NCBI GenBank assembly: GCA_964543265.1
Contig: CAZIWN010000001.1
Location: 38,470 to 102,469 of the forward strand
Source of the DNA: an uncultured Candidatus Saccharibacteria bacterium
Lineage (GTDB): Bacteria > Patescibacteriota > Minisyncoccia > UBA6257 > 1-14-0-10-40-38
DNA: 64,000 nucleotides
Direction: 5' to 3'
Shown here: one piece after another, positions 1 through 8,233 of the stretch
Layout of the letters: each line of letters begins with the position of its first letter
How positions within the stretch are numbered: position 1 is the first letter of the stretch
Notes under the pieces: generated by a model
Databases searched by the model: none
The model's input: only the letters and a program-made list of their open reading frames with translations
What the model was told of the DNA's origin: nothing
Program-made: the position numbers and the translations under genes

Positions 1-792
1 ACCTAAGACATATTTTATAAAGCCCATAATTGCAATAATTGCCAATGATCCGATTATTAAAGGAATTGTTAATTTATCAAATATAGCTGTTATTATCCAA
101 ATTCCCACAGCTATAAGAGCAATACCTATTCCAAGCCTCATAAATCCTCTATGCTCTTGCCTCCAGCTTTCAAACATTTTTATAGATGATCCATAATAAA
201 CCATCGCTATAATAACTATTAGTGGCAAAACGAAAACTATATTGTAAAAAAGCAATAAAGGTAATCCGGTTATAAAATTTACACCTCCTTGGCTCATTAT
301 CGCTAAAATCGCCAAATAAGGTGCGCCAGTACACGGTAGCTCAACTAAAGTTATCAGTCCTCCAAAGAGAAACGCGGAAGTCATAGAAACTGCACTAGAT
401 GACATTCTTCTTTCTACCAGCGATATAAGTCCTTTTGGTATTGCTAGTGAATATCCCCATCCATACCAATAAAAATCTTTTACTTCCAAAAAAGCCGCTA
501 TCATAACGAATATTCCGATCACTAAATAAAGCGACTTACTTATTATTTCAATTTCTCTAACAGCATTAAAAAGAGATAGTAGCGTTAGTCCGCCAATAAT
601 ATAGGTTATATAAACTCCGGATACGTAAGCTATTCCATTAAGAAGTAGTTTTTTCTTACTTCCCATTTTTAAAAGAACAGTACACATCACGAGCAATACT
701 CCAATCACACATGGATTAATAGAATCAACCAATGCATATCCAACTATTACCGGCAACGACAATCCAGGTGCTGTTATAGATAAACTCTGCAT
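1..792 (-). CDS. CcdA/DsbD transmembrane-domain (cytochrome c biogenesis-type) thiol-transfer protein, 3' end runs off window
   Basis: Hand translation from ATG at 792: MQSLSITAPGLSLPVIVGYALVDSINPCVIG...VELPCTGAPYLAIL; two PC motifs in TM helices; open to the window edge; not in ORF track. Confidence 0.75.
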   Translation of the reverse strand, partial: MQSLSITAPGLSLPVIVGYALVDSINPCVIGVLLVMCTVLLKMGSKKKLLLNGIAYVSGVYITYIIGGLTLLSLFNAVREIEIISKSLYLVIGIFVMIAAFLEVKDFYWYGWGYSLAIPKGLISLVERRMSSSAVSMTSAFLFGGLITLVELPCTGAPYLAILAIMSQGGVNFITGLPLLLFYNIVFVLPLIVIIAMVYYGSSIKMFESWRQEHRGFMRLGIGIALIAVGIWIITAIFDKLTIPLIIGSLAIIAIMGFIKYVLG

Positions 793-854
793 AATACTAC
801 AAATTATAAATTGTTTTTAATATCGCGCCTAATTACTCCCTGTTAACAAGGCAT

Positions 855-1913
855 TTATCCTCTGCCCAAAACCGGAAAATTTACTGGTTTTTGTTTTAGT
901 TCTTTTTCAATCTCGAGCGAGCTCCTGTCGCTAAATTCAAAATAAATAACATCCTTGTCTTTCCATACATAGTTTGTGAAATCTGGTTTTTCTTTTCCAT
1001 TTAAGAATGCTTTTAGGGTTGCTGGTTTTCCATTGGGACATAAATTGCCATTCTTTTTGTCGGTTATATAATCTTCACTAAAAGGAACTTTAATTTCCTT
1101 GAAAAAAGCCTTAACCGTTAAATGTTCAGTATTTTTAACTTCTTTTTTTTCATTATCGTAACTTAACTGATCATGCCAATGAGCTAAATTTTTTTCTTCA
1201 TGAGTGTGGGGCATGTTAAGAGCTCCAGACTCTGTTGGTAATCTAAAATCTTCTCCACATATATTAATTGGCATATATGCGTGTATGTGAGCTGTCCAAA
1301 CACAATCTTCTCCAACTTTTGGACAGGTAATTATTCCGTTTGAAGGATTTTGTTTTTCTGTAAAAATTACAGAATAAATAAGTCCGCCCAATGCTAATAG
1401 AATTAAAAACCAAATTATTCCTAATTTATATCTCTTTTTAACTATTCCAAAAATCAAAACCAAAACAGCTAAAACAGAACATATATAAAAAGCTAAATTC
1501 TCAGAATTTAAATCTTTTGCCGGGGCATCTACCTTTATAGGGAAATCAAATTGGCTATTAGATATATTAAAGTGTATTTTGTAATCTCCTGAATCTGGAA
1601 AAGAAAACTCAAACATATATTCTTCGCCTTTTTGTTTTGCCACAATATCCTTAGCTACTATTCCAGAATTTATTTTTTCTATTTCTATAGAATTATTTAA
1701 ATTATTTAGAACCTTATCTGTTTTTATGTCTTTTACAGAAATCCATATAGGCGTTTTATATTCAGCAACAAACAAATCTGGCTGAACTATACTGGCTTTT
1801 ATGCTAGATAAATTATTATTTTCTGATTCAGTATGTGCGCTTGTCTTAGGGGATATATTTATTAATATCAAGACAAAAAAAGCTAAACCAAACGCCTTAA
1901 GAATATTTTTCAT
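855..1913 (-). CDS. Membrane-anchored hypothetical protein with signal peptide, two TM helices and a His/Cys-rich C-terminal domain (putative metal binding)
   Basis: N-terminal hydrophobic signal; HIH, HTHE and HWHD motifs. Confidence 0.6.
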   Translation of the reverse strand: MKNILKAFGLAFFVLILINISPKTSAHTESENNNLSSIKASIVQPDLFVAEYKTPIWISVKDIKTDKVLNNLNNSIEIEKINSGIVAKDIVAKQKGEEYMFEFSFPDSGDYKIHFNISNSQFDFPIKVDAPAKDLNSENLAFYICSVLAVLVLIFGIVKKRYKLGIIWFLILLALGGLIYSVIFTEKQNPSNGIITCPKVGEDCVWTAHIHAYMPINICGEDFRLPTESGALNMPHTHEEKNLAHWHDQLSYDNEKKEVKNTEHLTVKAFFKEIKVPFSEDYITDKKNGNLCPNGKPATLKAFLNGKEKPDFTNYVWKDKDVIYFEFSDRSSLEIEKELKQKPVNFPVLGRG

Positions 1914-1925
1914 TTATTTTATTTT

Positions 1926-2006
1926 TTAGAAAAATCCAGCAGATAGGGAAGTTGCGACGATTATCACGAAAAGAATAATTAATATTATTTTTGCAAATTT
2001 TTTCAT
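1926..2006 (-). CDS. Putative 26-aa single-TM peptide MKKFAKIILIILFVIIVATSLSAGFF
   Basis: Hand translation; fills the gap between two co-oriented genes. Confidence 0.4.
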   Translation of the reverse strand: MKKFAKIILIILFVIIVATSLSAGFF

Positions 2007-2029
2007 ATGGTTTTTTTAAATTTTATAAT

Positions 2030-3058
2030 TTATATATTAGCAGTTTTTTTAGATAAATCTATATAATTTTTAATTAATGATATGAATATTGAGGCGATAA
2101 GTGGTCCATAAACTAATCCAATAACTCCGAATATCTTTATTCCTCCCAAAACAGATATTAATACAAAAAATGGATGAATTTTTATCTTATCTCCTATAAG
2201 TTTTGGTTTCAAAACATTATCAACAGAAGAAACTATTATTACATTATAAAGCAAGAAAACTATAGCAACCCATAGTTTGCCCTGTAAAAACATATAAGCA
2301 GCTGCTGGAACAAATATTAAATAAGGCCCCAACATTGGTATTAAGGCGAAGAATGCCATTACAAAACCCCATATTATAGGTGAACTTAAATTAAACATTA
2401 AAAATCCTAACCCACCTAAAAATCCCTGTATTCCAGCATTTATTAAAGTTCCATAAAGCACAGCTCTTCCAGATTCCTTAAATGTTTTATATAGATTCAT
2501 TTCCTCTGATGTTTCGAGTGGGCTAGAGTCTATCAAAAATTTAGCCAATCTTTTCCCGTCTTTAAGCATATAAAATATGGTCAGCAATAAAAGGAAAAAA
2601 TTAACCACTAAATTAGCAGCGTTAGATAAAAATGTGGCGATATTGCTAGTTATAAATTCTCCAACATTTCTAACAGTGGGGGCGATCTGTGAAGAAAATA
2701 GATCTTCCGTTCCGATATTTAGCTTTCTTGCTACGTATTGAATCGCTTTATCGTTTTCATAAAATTCAGCTGTTTTTATTTTTTCCAGAAATCCTTGTGT
2801 TTCTTGAAATAATAGAGAGAGTATTGTTATGAAAGGCAAGATAATAATTAAAGCAACAAGAACAGTAGAGATAAGAGATGGTATATTCGATCCATCTTTA
2901 AATTTCTTTGAAATAAAATTATTTAATGGCGTAAAAATACCAGCCAGTAATGCTCCTATTACTAACGGCGCCAAAAACTGTATAAAAACAGTGGCAAATA
3001 AAAGAGTGAATATTATAAGCAAAACAACCAAAAATCTATGCGAATGTTTATGAACCAT
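2030..3058 (-). CDS. AI-2E family transporter (PerM/UPF0118)
   Basis: Multi-TM; DNVLKPKLIG...IHP...GG...FG..G..YGP C-terminal signature. Confidence 0.9.
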   Translation of the reverse strand: MVHKHSHRFLVVLLIIFTLLFATVFIQFLAPLVIGALLAGIFTPLNNFISKKFKDGSNIPSLISTVLVALIIILPFITILSLLFQETQGFLEKIKTAEFYENDKAIQYVARKLNIGTEDLFSSQIAPTVRNVGEFITSNIATFLSNAANLVVNFFLLLLTIFYMLKDGKRLAKFLIDSSPLETSEEMNLYKTFKESGRAVLYGTLINAGIQGFLGGLGFLMFNLSSPIIWGFVMAFFALIPMLGPYLIFVPAAAYMFLQGKLWVAIVFLLYNVIIVSSVDNVLKPKLIGDKIKIHPFFVLISVLGGIKIFGVIGLVYGPLIASIFISLIKNYIDLSKKTANI

Positions 3059-3086
3059 ATTAAATATAATTGTATTATAACCCAGC

Positions 3087-3128
3087 TAAAATTAAAATCC
3101 GCCATAATTGTGGCGGATTTTAATTTTA
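3087..3128. terminator. Intrinsic terminator after tgt
   Basis: Perfect 18-bp inverted repeat taaaattaaaatccgcca/tggcggattttaatttta. Confidence 0.8.
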
Positions 3129-4271
3129 AAAACTTCCAGAGCTTATCTTTTTTCTTATTTCTTTCAGATAATTCTCTATAAAATAAATATTATGCATAGT
3201 TAATAGTTTTCCAGCTAATTGTTCTTTAGCATGAAGCAGAAAATTAATTTGCCCGATTGAGTAATTTTTACAAGCAAAACACTTACAATTTTTTTCTATT
3301 GGTGAAAATTTATTTTTAAACTTTCCGGCATTTAAATTAAGATTTCCTTTTTTTGTTAGAGCTGTTCCATGTCTGGCAATTCGTGTTGGCATGGCGCAGT
3401 CAAAGACATCTATACCAGCCTTAATCATCAAAGGGATCGATTCCAAATCTCCAATACCTAGTAAATGATGCGGTCGCGATCGGTCGGAATAATCGGTAAC
3501 TTTAGAAATTGTTTTTATCATTTGACCTTTATCATCCGCAAACTCTCCACCGATAGCGATTCCAAAAACAGGTAATTCATTTATTTTTTTAACTGAATTC
3601 ACTCTTAAATCATCATATTTTCCTCCCTGAACTATGCCAAAAACCATTTGGTCTTTTATTTTATTTTTCTTTATATAAGACAAAAACTTTTCATACCAAG
3701 CATTAGTTAAATCTAAATTCTTTTTTACTTCTTCATAATTATCAGAAGGGGATCCACAAACATCTAGCATATATATAAAGTCTGCGCCCAGATCCATCTG
3801 TGTTTTTGCTGAAATTTCTGGGGTTAAAAATATTTCTCGGCCATTTCTAGGAGATCTAAATTTAACACCACTTTCAGATATTTTAACTAAATTCTTGCCA
3901 TTAGGAATTTTCCCGCCCTCTTTTTTATCTCCAACCTTAGATAATCCAAATTCCATTCCTTTTCCTAAAGAAAAAACCTGAAATCCTCCCGAGTCAGTAA
4001 ATATCGGTTTATTAAAATTAAAAAATTTATGCAATCCTCCAAGTTTTTTAATTTCCTGAACTCTGTCTAAATCTAAAAAATGAAAAGTATTAGTGATTTG
4101 GCACTGGGCTTCAGTAGTTAAGGTATCTTCATAATCCATTCCTCCTTTAATCACTCCTAATGTCGCCACGGGAATAAACGCAGGAGTAATAATCTCTCCG
4201 TGCGGAGTAGTGATTTTTCCAATCCTCGCCTTAGATTTTTTTGATTGTTTAGAAACTTCAAATTTAAACAT
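3126..4271 (-). CDS. tgt: tRNA-guanine transglycosylase
   Basis: TPAFIPVAT, TDSGGFQVFSL, GIVQGG, DVFDCAMPTR, Zn site CKCFAC...HN. Confidence 0.95.
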   Translation of the reverse strand: MFKFEVSKQSKKSKARIGKITTPHGEIITPAFIPVATLGVIKGGMDYEDTLTTEAQCQITNTFHFLDLDRVQEIKKLGGLHKFFNFNKPIFTDSGGFQVFSLGKGMEFGLSKVGDKKEGGKIPNGKNLVKISESGVKFRSPRNGREIFLTPEISAKTQMDLGADFIYMLDVCGSPSDNYEEVKKNLDLTNAWYEKFLSYIKKNKIKDQMVFGIVQGGKYDDLRVNSVKKINELPVFGIAIGGEFADDKGQMIKTISKVTDYSDRSRPHHLLGIGDLESIPLMIKAGIDVFDCAMPTRIARHGTALTKKGNLNLNAGKFKNKFSPIEKNCKCFACKNYSIGQINFLLHAKEQLAGKLLTMHNIYFIENYLKEIRKKISSGSF

Positions 4272-4895
4272 TTAAATTTTTGCAATATATTTCCTTAAAG
4301 GACACTCTAAATGTTTGCATCTTGCGGTGCAATATTTTCTGCCATAATCTATTAATCGATAGGGGAATTGCGACCATTCTTTTTTTGGTAAAATTTTCAT
4401 TAAATCCTTTTCGATAATTTCAGGATTTTTAGACTTTGTTAACCCGAAGAGATTAGATAGGCGAATCACGTGCGTATCAACCGGAATTCCGGTAATAATT
4501 CCATAAGCATTCCACAAAATAATATTGGCAGATTTTCTGCCAATTCCATTCAATTCCAGCATTTCTTCCATAGTCTTTGGCATTTCGCCATTATGCTTAG
4601 CAACCAAAATTTTTGCAGATTCTAAAATATTTTTTGCCTTAGCTCGAAATAGCCCGATAGATTTTATATCTTTTTGAAATTCTAATAAATCAGCTTTCGC
4701 ATAAGTTTCAACGGTCGGATATTTTTTAAATAAAGCCGGAGTTACTTGATTCACTTTTTTATCCGTGCATTGGGCAGATAAAATAACCGCCACCATCAGT
4801 TCCCAATTATTTCCATAATCAAGCGCGATTTTAGACTTAGGAAAAAGCTTTTTAAGCCCTCCATTTATTTTTAGTATCTTTTTTTTCGAATCCAT
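4272..4895 (-). CDS. nth: Endonuclease III
   Basis: ILSAQCTD, HhH LNGIGRKSAN, PVDTHVIR. Confidence 0.93.
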   Translation of the reverse strand: MDSKKKILKINGGLKKLFPKSKIALDYGNNWELMVAVILSAQCTDKKVNQVTPALFKKYPTVETYAKADLLEFQKDIKSIGLFRAKAKNILESAKILVAKHNGEMPKTMEEMLELNGIGRKSANIILWNAYGIITGIPVDTHVIRLSNLFGLTKSKNPEIIEKDLMKILPKKEWSQFPYRLIDYGRKYCTARCKHLECPLRKYIAKI

Positions 4896-4909
4896 TTATA
4901 TTATCAAAA

Positions 4910-6505
4910 CTAAACTCTAGAAATAACTCTAATCAATTTCTTAGCCTTAGAGTCATTTTCTTTCAAATATTCTGCAAAATCTGGAATCTTTTCAAATTTT
5001 CCATTCTCTATTCTATAGAAGTAATCAATCTTAACTTGTTCTATGAAATATCTGTCGTGTGAAATCAAAATCAAGCTTCCGGTATAATTTTTTAAAAATT
5101 CTTTTAAAGCAGTCACAGCTTCTGCGTCCATATGATTTGTCGGTTCGTCTAAAACTAAAACATTGGCTTTTTTAGCTGCAAAATAAATCAAAATCAATCT
5201 GGCTCTCTCTCCGGGGCTCATAGTTGAAATTTTGTTTTTTGCTTGTTCTTCTGGGAAATCAAATTTAGTTAGTAAATTATAAGCATTACTTTCTCCAATT
5301 CCAGCCATTTGAGATAAAAACTGGATAGGTGATTTTTCCGGTGGTAAGATTTCGTGCTCTTGGCTCATATTAACCAATTTCACCGATCCTCCCATATTTA
5401 TTTCTCCCGAAACAGGTTTTAAATCTCCAAGTAGGGTTTTTATTAAAGTTGATTTTCCTTCTCCGTTTCCACCGATAATACAAACTTTCTTTCCAAATTG
5501 GATATGCAAATCTATCGGCTGAGTTTTAAATGCCTTGCCACGTCCCACAACTAAATGCTTGGCTTCTATTTCGGTATTTCCTTCATTTTTAATTTCATAA
5601 GTTGGAATATTAAATAGATTTTTAATCACTGGTTTATCAAGCATTTCCATTCTCTTTAATCTATTTCCAATAACTTTCGCTGTCCTCAAAGATCTTCCGG
5701 CTTTATTGCGGTTATATCCCTGCAACATCTTGTCGTTATCAGATCTTTCCCATTTAGCTCCATCTTCAGCATCTTGCTTCTTTTCTTCAACAATGACATT
5801 TATTCTTTCAATCTCTCTTTGCTGCGCCTGATACAATTCCCATTTTCTTTTTTCGTCCCTTTCTTCATTTTCTAAGAAGTGGCTATATTTTCCATTAATA
5901 ACTTTAAAATGCCTCGTCTCTCTGTCTATCGAAAAAACTTTCTGTGTAACATTGTCTAAAAATCTCCTATCGTGAGAAACAATAACTCCAGAAATTTCAG
6001 AAGATTTTAAATAATCTTCCAGCCAAATTAAAGAGGGGAGATCTAGATTATTTGTCGGCTCGTCTAATAACAACAAATCTGCTCCTTTCATTAAAATTGA
6101 AATTAGAGCTATTTTTGCTTTTTGTCCCGAGCTTAACTCTTCCACTTTTCTATCCTCGATTCCTTCCTTAAAGCCAAATCCAGAAAGCATTATTTTGGCT
6201 TTATATTCTATTTTTTTTCTTTCTTCATCGTCTATGCCAGCGGTTTTAAAGATAAAGTCCATTACTTTTCCCTTGGCATCTAATTTTAATTCTTGAGGAA
6301 AATATCCAACTCTTATCTTTGGGTGTATTTCTAAAGTTCCAAAATCAGGCTTCTCAACTCCGGCAATTATCTTTAAAAGCGTTGATTTTCCAGTTCCATT
6401 TGGCGCAACCAAAGCCGCCTTCTGCCCTTTTTCAAGAGATAAGGATACATTATTTAAAACCTCTTTAAGGCCATAAGATTTGCTTACATTTCTAAGCTTC
6501 AACAT
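4910..6505 (-). CDS. ABC-F family ATPase (two NBDs, no TM)
   Basis: Two Walker A motifs (APNGTGKST, GGNGEGKST), LLDEPTN and LDEPTNH, inter-domain linker; start placed at ATG 6505 (MLKLRNV). Confidence 0.9.
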   Translation of the reverse strand: MLKLRNVSKSYGLKEVLNNVSLSLEKGQKAALVAPNGTGKSTLLKIIAGVEKPDFGTLEIHPKIRVGYFPQELKLDAKGKVMDFIFKTAGIDDEERKKIEYKAKIMLSGFGFKEGIEDRKVEELSSGQKAKIALISILMKGADLLLLDEPTNNLDLPSLIWLEDYLKSSEISGVIVSHDRRFLDNVTQKVFSIDRETRHFKVINGKYSHFLENEERDEKRKWELYQAQQREIERINVIVEEKKQDAEDGAKWERSDNDKMLQGYNRNKAGRSLRTAKVIGNRLKRMEMLDKPVIKNLFNIPTYEIKNEGNTEIEAKHLVVGRGKAFKTQPIDLHIQFGKKVCIIGGNGEGKSTLIKTLLGDLKPVSGEINMGGSVKLVNMSQEHEILPPEKSPIQFLSQMAGIGESNAYNLLTKFDFPEEQAKNKISTMSPGERARLILIYFAAKKANVLVLDEPTNHMDAEAVTALKEFLKNYTGSLILISHDRYFIEQVKIDYFYRIENGKFEKIPDFAEYLKENDSKAKKLIRVISRV

Positions 6506-6555
6506 AGTTTCAAAATTTTGCCATAAAACAGCCAAAAAGTCTATATAAATTAATG

Positions 6556-6586
6556 TCCCCCGCAAAAAACATCATTCGCGGGGGAT
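6556..6586. terminator. GC hairpin closing the 35-aa orphan cassette
   Basis: tcccccgc...gcggggga inverted repeat; weak U-tract. Confidence 0.55.
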
Positions 6587-6599
6587 TATTTCATTCCCA

Positions 6600-6707
6600 T
6601 CATTCTCTCCCGAGCTCGGAAGATCGAATTTTCCTACCGGTGAATTTCAGAGTGCAACAAACATACTCGTATGCCCAGTCGCCTTCGACAAACCATTCGG
6701 TAAGCAT
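6600..6707 (-). CDS. Orphan 35-aa peptide MLTEWFVEGDWAYEYVCCTLKFTGRKIRSSELGRE
   Basis: Hand translation; GGGAG SD 6 nt upstream; own promoter and downstream hairpin. Confidence 0.55.
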   Translation of the reverse strand: MLTEWFVEGDWAYEYVCCTLKFTGRKIRSSELGRE

Positions 6708-6746
6708 TCTTGGCTCCCGGTTTTGGGTTGAGGGGTTCTAATCCAT

Positions 6747-6775
6747 ATAATAGAACTATATATAAATATTGTCAA
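6747..6775 (-). promoter_or_regulatory. sigma70-type promoter
   Basis: TTGACA-17 nt-TATTAT on minus strand. Confidence 0.75.
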
Positions 6776-6794
6776 TAATTAATAGTCTTTTTTT

Positions 6795-6823
6795 TTGACA
6801 TCATTTTCTTCATCTATTAGCAT
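6795..6823 (+). promoter_or_regulatory. sigma70-type promoter, divergent from the previous one
   Basis: TTGACA-17 nt-TAGCAT. Confidence 0.7.
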
Positions 6824-6865
6824 ATTTTAAGTTCTTCAGATCAAAAAAACAGGGAGGATTTTCAC

Positions 6866-7282
6866 TTGCTAGCAATCAGGTCAGTCCAAGACGCCAAGGA
6901 AGCGTTTCCTCAATTGAGGTGGAAAGATCTCGTTTCGGGATCGGGAGGCAGGATGGCCTTCGCAATCGTCGGAGGCAACAAGGGGACGGGTGACATCACG
7001 ATTTTCTTGGCCATGGAAGACGGGGCAACTGCGCCCTTACATCGGCACAACAATCGTGAGGGTTGGCCTTTCAATGAATCCATTACTGTTTTAGTAGGTT
7101 CCTTGTACGACGTCGATCCGGGTCAACCAGATCTGGCTGTGGATTCCGGTAGATCAATCGACTTGATCGGCAACAGGCCTCACGCTCCGCGAGTCAACAG
7201 CGGAGGATTCGCTCTTGTCATCTATCGTCAGCCCGCTGGGATGGAGCTGATTGACGGGTCGTCACCCACAACTCCATCCTGA
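6866..7282 (+). CDS. Cupin-fold protein, GC-richer than host genes
   Basis: Cupin motif 1 (PLHRH...E.ITVLVG) and motif 2 (G..I.L....PH.P); GGGAGG SD before TTG. Confidence 0.7.
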   Translation: MLAIRSVQDAKEAFPQLRWKDLVSGSGGRMAFAIVGGNKGTGDITIFLAMEDGATAPLHRHNNREGWPFNESITVLVGSLYDVDPGQPDLAVDSGRSIDLIGNRPHAPRVNSGGFALVIYRQPAGMELIDGSSPTTPS

Positions 7283-7298
7283 CACGCCATGATCTTAA

Positions 7299-7336
7299 AA
7301 AGCCTCGACAGAAGAATCGTCTTCCGTTGAGGCTTT
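7299..7336. terminator. Long imperfect hairpin between convergent genes
   Basis: aaagcctcgac...gttgaggcttt. Confidence 0.7.
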
Positions 7337-7369
7337 ATTAATTTTTTACTCTTTCTTTAATTTGTAATT

Positions 7370-8233
7370 TTATTTTTCTCCATTCAATAATGCCAATCCA
7401 CCCCAAAGCCCAACTTCATCCTTCAATTTAGCAATTTTTAAAACTGGGCATTCAGGAAAAACTTTCATTATTTCTTTAAAGTGTTTTTCTATTGATTCAA
7501 ATGGGATTGCTGGCGATCCGAAAATCATCGGTCCGCCCAAAATAATTATTTCTGGAGACCATAAAACGGCCGCGTTGTTCAATCCATAAGAAAGCCACAA
7601 AGCTAGCTCTTCCCAAATTCTTTGATTGTCAATTTCTTTCGGTGGTTTTTTAAATCTTTCCATCAAAGATTTTCCCGAACACATATTTTCCAAATAAGGA
7701 GGATTTTCACAATTTGGGCACAATGTTCTATCTGCGTCTATAATCATATGCCCCGGTTCAAATCCCTGAAAACTCGGAGCAATCTTTTTATTAGCAATTT
7801 TTGCTCCGCCAATTCCCGTTGAGATGGTTAAAAATCCAACTACGTCATATCCTCGCCCCTCACCGTAAACTGCTTCTCCTAAGGCTCCTAAAGCAGCATC
7901 ATTTTCCACCATCACAGAGCAGCTGAAAGCTTTTTCAAAATAACCCTTAATATCCTTAAAGTTCCAATCCGGCAAATTTGGAGCATTAGCAACTCCAGTT
8001 CTTTCATTGTTTATCGGTCCAGCAATTCCAATAGCTATTTTTTTTATTTTTTTTCCTCCAGAAAGCTTAACCGCCAAATCTTTAAATAAAACAACTGCAT
8101 CTATAAATTTTTGCGGAGTGGAAATAGATTCTGATTTATTTATCAATTTTCCGTTTTCGGAAAAGGCGATTCTTGTTTTTGTTCCTCCGATATCAAAAAG
8201 TAAATACATATCCTTCAAATGGTTTAAGTTCAA
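7370..8233 (-). CDS. ROK family sugar kinase (glucokinase-like)
   Basis: FDIGGTK, ENDAALGALGE, TISTGIGG, EPGH...CPNC. Confidence 0.9.
   Translation of the reverse strand: MNLNHLKDMYLLFDIGGTKTRIAFSENGKLINKSESISTPQKFIDAVVLFKDLAVKLSGGKKIKKIAIGIAGPINNERTGVANAPNLPDWNFKDIKGYFEKAFSCSVMVENDAALGALGEAVYGEGRGYDVVGFLTISTGIGGAKIANKKIAPSFQGFEPGHMIIDADRTLCPNCENPPYLENMCSGKSLMERFKKPPKEIDNQRIWEELALWLSYGLNNAAVLWSPEIIILGGPMIFGSPAIPFESIEKHFKEIMKVFPECPVLKIAKLKDEVGLWGGLALLNGEK

Noticed and set aside
6553-6741. 62-aa plus-strand ORF from the track
   Set aside because: Promoter, SD and hairpin all support the 35-aa minus-strand ORF instead
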